Of a stretch of DNA of 64,000 nucleotides, positions 54,722-64,000 are shown one piece after another. The stretch spans positions 18,724,001-18,788,000 of the forward strand of contig OX597816.1 of NCBI GenBank assembly GCA_951406725.2. The letters are read 5' to 3'. The position numbers and the translations under genes were made by a program. Numbering within the stretch: position 1 is the first letter of the stretch; each line of letters starts with the position of its first letter. Origin of the DNA: Octopus vulgaris (Eukaryota). The notes under the pieces were generated by a model. It did no database searches, had not been told where the DNA came from, and was given only the letters and a program-made list of their open reading frames with translations.

Positions 54722-55029
54722 ATGGTTGTTTGTTCCTTCTCGAGTCATACCTGGCAAAAAAGGGCCGGTGTTCCGGTTTCCTTGGCGTATAGGTTCCCCA
54801 GATGGACGGGACGCCAGTAAGTCGCAGATGAGCTGCAAGATTCGGGAAGAAAAGGTGAGAGAAAGTTGTGGCGAAAGAGTCAGCAGAAGTTCGCCATTAC
54901 CTTCTACCGGAGCCGCGTAGAACTTAGGTGTTTCGCTCATAAACACACACATCACCCGGTCTAAGATTCGAAACCGCGATCCCTAGACCGCGAGTCCACT
55001 GCTCTAACTACTAGGCCATGTGACTCCAC
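54722..55029 (-). mobile_element. SINE head C variant + tail 2 variant
   Basis: GGACTCGCGG..GGATCGCGGTTTCGAATC head; CTGGCGTCCCGTCCA..GAAACCGG tail. Confidence 0.8.
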
Positions 55030-55365
55030 AGATGCAATGGTACCTACTTTAAATATAATACGTTTAAATTTCCACCAGTATTAACGCTATCTGCGTTACA
55101 TAATATTATGTATTTATGGACCAGGTTTAAGGAGGAAAAACTTTCAAATATCCTGATTATATATATATATATATAATATGAATTTACTGTTTAATATGGG
55201 AATGTTATCGTGCGCCAAGCAGATGCATGGGAATAGCGAGAGCGAATATCATTAAAATCGTAATTAACTGTAATGTAAGTTTCAAAAGAAACGGGTTGTA
55301 TGTGACAGCAAATATCTATGCTCTATAACCATGCAAATATACGTTTGTGTGTGTATATATATACA

Positions 55366-55461
<96 letters not shown>

Positions 55462-55479
55462 CATACATATACATATACA

Positions 55480-55526
<47 letters not shown>

Positions 55527-56099
55527 ATATATATGTATATATATATATATATATTTTATATGCATATATATATGCATTTATGTATGTACGGCATGTAACT
55601 ACATTGGAAATAATTCTATGTTCCTGTCACTACCAGTATGGATTTTCGACTCTTTAATATCTGGATTATACGATTCCAACAGCATTGATAGCAATGTATT
55701 TAAAATATATGGCAATATTAGTAGACCGTCTCCTTTGGTCAATCCAGTCGAGTTTCAGAGGATACAACGATCTTTAATTGCTGTAAGTAACAGACAAACT
55801 TCGTTTCTTATGAGCATAACTTCAGAATGAAAATTTATACTACTCTTCCCAAAATGATATATAGAAAGGGAAACGAATGTATATTTCATCGTGATTTTTG
55901 AATTAATTTCTATTATTCTTCTAATGACGTATATGATTTTGGTACTATCATTCGCGGCTGTACCTAATTATTAACTCTACTTCATTTAGAATGCACTCAC
56001 GCACGCATAATATATATACATGTATATTTATGTACATATATATATGTAAATACATGCATTCGTACGTTATATATGTATGTATATATGTGTATGTGTATA

Positions 56100-56512
56100 T
56101 AACTTAGAATAACTTAGAAAGGTTTCGGCCAGTATTGGCCCAGGCCATGTCTAACTGAATAGCACCACCTGGCGAAGTCTTTCAATTCAGGATTTGGGCA
56201 CCAAGGCCCATTCGAGCAGAGAGTTATTGTTTGCGGAGACAAATCCGGGTGTGGGTGGTTTGTCCGGGACTGTTTGAAGGAATTAGTCCAAAGACTTCTT
56301 GAATGTTGTGTGGTCAGTTTCTTTTTCACGTGTCCTGGTGTAATGTTGAAGAGAGCGGGTCCAATTGAGGTGAAATGGAGTGCCGTATTGTCGTTATGTG
56401 ATGCGATTTAGATTTTTGTTGTGGACGGATGGCACGTGGTCCAAGCCTTGGATGTATTTTGAAGGTGATGCCAACATCATTCGGACAGTGCTGATGGAAT
56501 ATCTTCCATGAA
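56100..56512 (-). mobile_element. Diverged CR1-clade LINE 3' fragment (sister subfamily)
   Basis: [26 protein letters not shown]; 3'UTR GGTGGTGCTATTCAGTTAGACATGGCCTGGGCCAATACTGGCCGAAAC followed by TTCTAAGTT repeats. Confidence 0.9.
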
Positions 56513-56626
56513 AAGTATATATACATACATATATATATACATATATATATGTGTATGTATATACACATATACATACATAAATATCCATGCCTGTATATAT
56601 ATATATATATATAAATACCTCCATAC

Positions 56627-56693
<67 letters not shown>

Positions 56694-59202
56694 ATCCGTT
56701 CCATAATATACAAATATCTATATGTTTATACACAAATGTTAATCGAATCTTTCCAGTTCTTTTTTTTTCTCTCTGAGTCTCTCTCTCTTCTCTCTTTTAT
56801 CTGTCTGTCTGACTGTCCGTCACTCTCTCTCTCTCTCTCTCTACCTGAATGTATATTGGCAAGTATACATGTTTGTATGTTTTAAATATGGAACTCAAGC
56901 GTGTGTATTTCGTTATTTGCATTATTATCATATTCTCTGTTTCCCATCCTCTTTCTTTCTATGTCTCTTTAGGTAAGTAGAGTTAGCATTTGGAATAATC
57001 GTCTAAGGGATAACAGTATCCGTTATTACTATCAGTATCATTTACCTATGTTATCCCAAGCCATGGGTATTGAAGCACTCTATGCTCATAGGTTATAGGT
57101 AACAACAGAATAAACAAAAATTTTATCAGCAGAAACTGGAGAAAAAAGTTTTGATCAACAAACAAATTGACCAACATGGGTTGATTATTTTTCATTAAAA
57201 AAAAAATGTCACTTCTATTTGCACTCCATAGTTCCCCTTTATATAGAGGTAACCCATAAATATTTCTCTAGATCGCTACTAGTTCACTCTTTTGCCTATC
57301 GGCGTCAAACTCCACGTTGCAAGATGATGTGATTTTAATACTTTGAATCTTCTGGCCTCATCACAAAGCCCTGTTCTTTCCTCTTCCCTCTTTCATCTTC
57401 CCTCTTTCCTCTTTCCAAATAATATAGATATTCAAATGTAAGTTAAAAAATGGTAAAAGTAAAATATCCCTTATCTGATGTTTTGATAACACAATAAATA
57501 AAAGAAATGTGAATATGCATCTGTGTCAATTACGTAACATATTTTACTAGTTAATTATGATCCACCTGCGTGACTCCACTAAATTTATTGTGCATTTTCT
57601 GTAACGGATTCCACTTATGATGGAATACGATATAATCTATAAAGTAGATAATAATATTGAGTCTAATTTATGTAGATAATATTTCTACTACGTTTATGAT
57701 TTGATTGGGACGAAATAATGAATAAATATTTTCTAAATATCGTATTACAAAATTCGATGGAAAATGTAAAAAAAAAAATATCTCAGTTAGATTCTAAAAT
57801 TCGAATATATTTTCTATTTAATGAAATATATAAATAGAAAGTTTAATGCAGAATTAAATGAAAACAATAGCAACTCATTGCATTCTAAAATCAATTTTTA
57901 TGAAATATTAGATTGGTTTGATTCTAGAGTGACAGATAATCCATAAAGTCTTTACGAAATTTGTAAGAGAAACACAACTTCATATTGTCAGTTGTATGCA
58001 AGAAAACATGAACAATGTTTGTGGATATGATATGAACAATTGAATCCAAATACTTACTTTGTATGTATGCTGTTGTTTCAATGGGTGAAATAAAATCTCG
58101 TTCGAAGCAGATAAGAACAATTTGGGCATGTTGTTCTATAATTATTTTCCCGTTTGATAAGTTAAGCTCATCGCTTAAAATAAGCGTAGCCATAAATGAA
58201 TGTGCTGCGACTTAGCTAGTTGTATCGATTATTTTATCAGAAAAATTTATCGGAAAGACACATGGGAATACACATCGATCGGGATGCTATTGCAAATCCA
58301 TGTTTGTTTTTTTCCTTGCAGGGAAATAAATTGAACGTTTCCATATTTTTGCCCGAAATACAGGGAGTGAAGTATCAAAAGACACATCCGTACGAGCAGC
58401 AATATGAATCAATACACATCGAACGATAGTTGTCTTTACAATAAACTCTATTTATTGCAGATACAAAAAGAATGTAGGGAAATATCTAGTTGCTTACAGA
58501 TCGTTATTACGAGGTAAAATCACATGCAATATTGACATTATCGGTACGTTGTTTTCACGAGTAGTGACGTAAAATGTATAATTTTTTTGAACAGTAAAGC
58601 AAACGAGGTTCAAAACGAAATAGAAAAAGGAAAGAAACGATGCATCATATGGAAGTGAACAAAAATGAATCGTTAGTCGTTATCAATAGTCTCATTACGG
58701 GAAACGATTCATCTTTGAATGTGTCGCTTATCATAAAAAAGATATCTCGAAGATAGTATAGTAATTAATTAGCTAGCATAATATATAAGCGACTGTACTG
58801 ACTGGTAAACATCAATTCAGTTGTTCATTCTCTCGTTGTTGTCGATGTTGCAGTCGCCGTTGCTGCATCTGATGTCGTAGCTCAGTCATGGAATAACTAT
58901 TTGTACGGAACATCTACACAGAAAGCCATTTCATTTTTAACTTCAGGCATAGACTGTCTAGGGCATCAAATTCCAAAATCTACTTCCATTTATAATTGAG
59001 TAGAATGTGATACAACGAAAATTAGTTCCTATTTTTAGTACGAAAAGCAATCACACAGACGCTCGTTTCAAGTGAGACTTGATAATGGTCGGAGCACACA
59101 CCGTGATTCAATCATGTTTGTGCGTATTCGTTGTGTCTCTGGATAAAAAAAAATACTGTACTGCTTCCTCTTGCTTTTGTGAATGAGTTTACTATTGGCA
59201 TA

Positions 59203-59719
59203 CCAGAATTTTAATGCTCGATTATAGTCCGCCCTTGAGTATAATACGCAGGGAATTTTTAGGGGGCTGTACCTCTGAAAAACCTAAACCTTGTATATAA
59301 TAGGAACCCCTTCTCTAACTTGAGTCAAGGAGGTCTATATAACGTCCTTGTTTTGTACAACTGTATACGGTAACGTCCTTTATTATTATTGTACATATAA
59401 CATAATGCAAACGTGTAGCTTTTTTGCGTATTTTGTTTGCTGAAAATAAAGAAAAACAGTAATAACGTTTCATAAATGTTGCTTACTGTAAGTTATAGAT
59501 GATTCTTTTATGACTTCATTGCTTTCAGGCTTAGCTTAAGGTATTTTCTCAACCGATATCACAAAAATTAGTCTGGATAAATATTGCCGGACAGGAAATA
59601 GAGTTTCGGACATTGCTTAGAAAATAATTTTCATTTTTAACCTCGTATATAGTACGCACTAGGGATTTTGACCGTTAAATTTTGGGAAACAATTGCGGAT
59701 TATACTCGAGGATTTACGG
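59203..59719. mobile_element. Non-autonomous pogo/Tc2-like DNA transposon (MITE)
   Basis: Right end GCGGATTATACTCGAGGATTTACGG-TA; degenerate left end TA-CC...CTCGATTATAGTCCGC; repeated subterminal CTCGxxTATAxTxCGCA motifs. Confidence 0.65.
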
Positions 59720-60354
59720 TATATATCCATGCAACTGAAGATACGTGTAAGAGGCTTAAAATTTCACGGAGTGTTCATTGTAGGAAGCAAGTAAATAATA
59801 AGCGACGCGCCATTCGAATGAGTATGCCATTTAGGGAAGAGGAATAATTGAATAAGTTTTCTTTTGAGAAATAGAGAGAAAGAGAACGAGCAAATACAGC
59901 GATAGAGAGAGAGAAAGAAAGAGAGAGGGTGAGAGGGAGAGGGAGGATAATGAGAAACATGTGGCCATTTGAAAACTGCTATATTGCATTTAATACGTGT
60001 AATACGCTGTCATAAAATGCAAATGTGAAGCTGTATGTTATGGCTTATTGCTGCAACTAGCAATTACACTCGATTGCAATAAGATAGGAATGAGTTAATG
60101 AGTTCACGGATAACGGTTTAAATCATTGTTTTCATGCACAGAGTCATCAATTTGTTGTTGTTTTGTGACTGGAAATGTTCATGGCGCTTGCGATTACGAT
60201 CGTCATCATCATCGTCATCATCATCATCATTATTGCTGTTGTTGTTGATGGTGGTCTTGTAATTTGGGCTGTTATTAGTATCGTTATTTTTACTAGAAGC
60301 CCCTAATTATCATTATCATAATTATTAACATTTTCGCAAACACTATCATTTATT

Positions 60355-60760
60355 ACCATTATGACGATGTCGATGATGTTGGTGATGATGATGATGACAA
60401 TGATAATGATGATGATGATGATGATGTTGATGAAGATGATGATGATGATGATGATGAGGATAATTATGATGAGGCGCGGAATAAAGATGATGATGATGAT
60501 GATGAAGATGATGATGATGCTGATGATGGTGATGAGGAGGAGAAAGAAGAAGGACACAACTATGACATCGAAGAAGATAACGATGATTATGAAGATGATG
60601 GTGACTGTGAAGACGTAGGGACGATATCGATGTCGATGATGATGATGATGAAGATGATGATGAGGATGATGATGTTGATGAGGAGGAGGGAGAAGAGGAC
60701 AACTATGACATCGAAGAAGACAACGATGATTATGAAGATGATGGTGACTGTAGCGACGTA
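60355..60760. repeat. (GAT)n-derived array with a duplicated ~75-bp block
   Basis: GGAC..AACTATGACATCGAAGAAGA..AACGATGATTATGAAGATGATGGTGACTGT at ~60550 and ~60697. Confidence 0.9.
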
Positions 60761-61069
60761 GAGGACCATACCATGATAAACGTGACGACCATAACGACAA
60801 CAGCGAAGATATTTATTATAAAGAAACGGCATGAATAAAACTCAAATGGAGCTAATAAATTGGGGTTTTAATCAGCATAGCGACAAACAGCGAAATTTCT
60901 AATAATGCTAATAATGGTAAAATGCTATTCTTGTGTTCTTTTCTTTCTCTCATTCCTCACTCATTTTATTTCATTCGCACAGACTGCCGGACAGATGCAC
61001 ATACACACAGATGCACATATTGCGCAAAACCATATGCATTCTTTTTATGTTTCCATGTATTTATGTATG

Positions 61070-61730
<661 letters not shown>

Positions 61731-63069
61731 ACGCATATGTCTGTATGTATATACGGCAACAGATAGCAATTGAAAGGAGAACGTAATATGACAACGGGGA
61801 ATCATATTTCCAAAGAATAATCTACAAAAGCTGGTGAACTATAGAAATCACTATGCAATAGAATATTTCATAAATTAAAATAATTATACGAGGCTTTGCA
61901 TGTGCGCAACCATGTATAAATTGCTATTTACACAATCTAATTTACTTCTTGTATTGAAAACATTGAAAATGGGCATTCTGTATACAAGAATTATCATAAA
62001 AGTGGCATATTAGCGCATTATCGAACATTAAACAAATGCCATTGAAAATATTAATACAATATGGCTGATTAGTAGAATGGTTGTAATATTACTTTAAAAG
62101 CTAAAGTTTAAAACCTCGTCATGTGAAAATGTATTTGATATAAGAATGTTACATAACAGTTATCTCAAATGAATAGATAAAGCCATTTCCAATAAAACGA
62201 TCGCGATTGTAATAATTTATTGATACCAAAATAGTTGGTAAAATTCGTATAGCATATGGATTTAAATTATGAGGATTTAAAATTATGGTCAGATTTCTTT
62301 ATTTTAAGGGAATACCATTATATTTATTTTCAGTAATTTTTTTCATCATTTCCATTATTTTCATTATTGAATGTGAAGTCGAATTACGAAAACATAAAAC
62401 GCATGAAACCTGCTCAAAACGTGGAATACATCATACTTTTGTTGAGAACAAATTACGCTTAGAAACAGGCGAATGCTCGAATTTACACGATGTTTCATTA
62501 ATAATTTCCATCTCGTGTTTCTAAATTTGTATCCATTAAGCTGTTGCGTTCCGTATTGTCCATCCACAAAAAGAATCGTTGCATAGATGTGTCTGAGTGA
62601 CTGTATAACAATTTAATATAGAAGAGGTCGCCATATTTGGTGGGGCATATTATATTTCCTCGCCAGGGTGGTAAATGTTTTTTGTCTTGCACTTATATCT
62701 CGCAATATTTCAGGTTCTGTTATGAAATGAAGAGAAAGTGAGATGCGGGGAAGATGCACATGAAAGATATCTATGTATTTTTATCACCCTCCTGTCAGAA
62801 AAAATGTCTAAATTTATTGCAGCATAACTTGAACATATGGCGCATAAAGGGAACGGATATCACAGGACATTGATTAGAAATTAATTTTCAATATGTATAT
62901 ACAATGAATAGCCTATGTAACTCCCTTGTGAGATCATTCTTTAATACGTTATATATTTATATCATATTCTATAGTATCTACATATCTGCTGTGCAAATGA
63001 GCGAATGGCCCTCAAACAGGAATATTCATAACAAGAAATATGAAACTACAGAAACATTTTAAATTTTTT

Positions 63070-63288
63070 CTGTTGTGTCTGTGGAGAGTAATTTTCTTTT
63101 TGTACCTTATAATTTAACACACCCACCGGTAAAATTTCCACTTATTTCTTATTTTTATTTTCCTAAAATTTCCGTTGCGTTTTGCAAACTTTTCAATAGT
63201 CAAAACTAAGCAATAAGTGGAAATTTTACCGTTGAGTGTGTTAAATTATAAGGCACAAAAAGAAAGTGACTCTCCCCAGACACAACAG
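63070..63288 (-). mobile_element. Inverted-repeat element (77-bp arms) with degenerate HHR-like motif in the spacer; Penelope-like architecture
   Basis: 63070-63146 is inverted at 63212-63288. Minus strand 63163-63199 reads cta-TTGAAAA-g-tTTGC(aaaac)GCAAc-GGAA-ATTT-tag. Confidence 0.55.
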
Positions 63289-63598
63289 TATATACTTCAA
63301 CACACGAACTCATATAAAGAATCTTGCAAACCAAATCCAAAAACGAAATTTTAAATATATATTTTTTTGCATGGTAAAATGACAATGGATATTGCATACT
63401 GTGTTGTACAAACGAAATTCGATGAGCACCACTGATGGTACTTTCATTATATTTTTGAAAAGGAGAGCAAGTTTTACTGTATTAGCTACTTATTTGTGAA
63501 ACCGGTGCAGCGAGCGTCAATGTTAAATTAAGCGGAGTTTAAACAGAATACATAAAGCATCTTTGTCCGGTATATTTGCAACAAGTTTATTCAAAGCA

Positions 63599-63990
63599 AG
63601 GCGGCGAGCTGGCAGAAGCGTTAGCACGCCGGGCGAAATGAGTAGCCGTATTTCGCCTGCCGTTATGTCCTGAGTTCAAATTCCGCCGAGGTCGACTTTC
63701 CGTTTCTTCCTTTCGGGGTCGATAAATTAAGTACCAGTTACGCACTGGGGTCGATATAATCGACTTGATCCGTTTGTCTGTCCTTGTTCGCCCGCTCAGT
63801 GTTTAGCCCCTTGTGGGTAATAAAGAAATATTTATTTCGTCTACCATTACGTTCTGACGTCAAATTCCACCGAGGTCGAATTTGCCTTTCATCTTTTCGA
63901 GGTCGATAGCTTAAGTACCAGTCAATTTAATCGACTGGCCCATTCCTCCAAAATTCCAGGCCTTGTACCTATAGTTGGAAGAATTATTTT
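63599..63990 (+). mobile_element. SINE family B, dimeric form
   Basis: Same monomer plus second partial unit as at 9678-10058. Confidence 0.88.
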
Positions 63991-64000
63991 TGTTTTCGTT

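Overview
AT-rich, microsatellite-dense eukaryotic DNA. The SINE repertoire is what I recall for Octopus; the species assignment is inference. No host protein-coding exon can be supported, so the window looks intronic or intergenic, and nearly all ORFs in the track are microsatellite translations. Mobile content: (1) a 5'-truncated CR1-clade LINE with an open 918-codon EN-RT frame, plus two shorter 3' copies; (2) decayed R4/Dong-type (RT + CCHC + restriction-like endonuclease) and RTE LINE pieces; (3) mariner, Tc1-like and pogo/Tc2-like DNA transposon relics; (4) about 30 tRNA-derived SINEs built from interchangeable head and tail modules. The most notable signal is a set of minimal type I hammerhead ribozyme (HHR) motifs with palindromic stem III, in small non-coding elements with Penelope-like architecture. 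Two stand out. One is a TSD-bounded element at 514-1057 that joins a tRNA (Pol III) head, an (AAT)n tract, an intact-core HHR and a 5' inverted terminal copy. The other is a 362-bp, terminally redundant, highly self-complementary retrozyme-like unit at 48206-48631. All structures were read by eye; element boundaries are approximate to about 10 bp.
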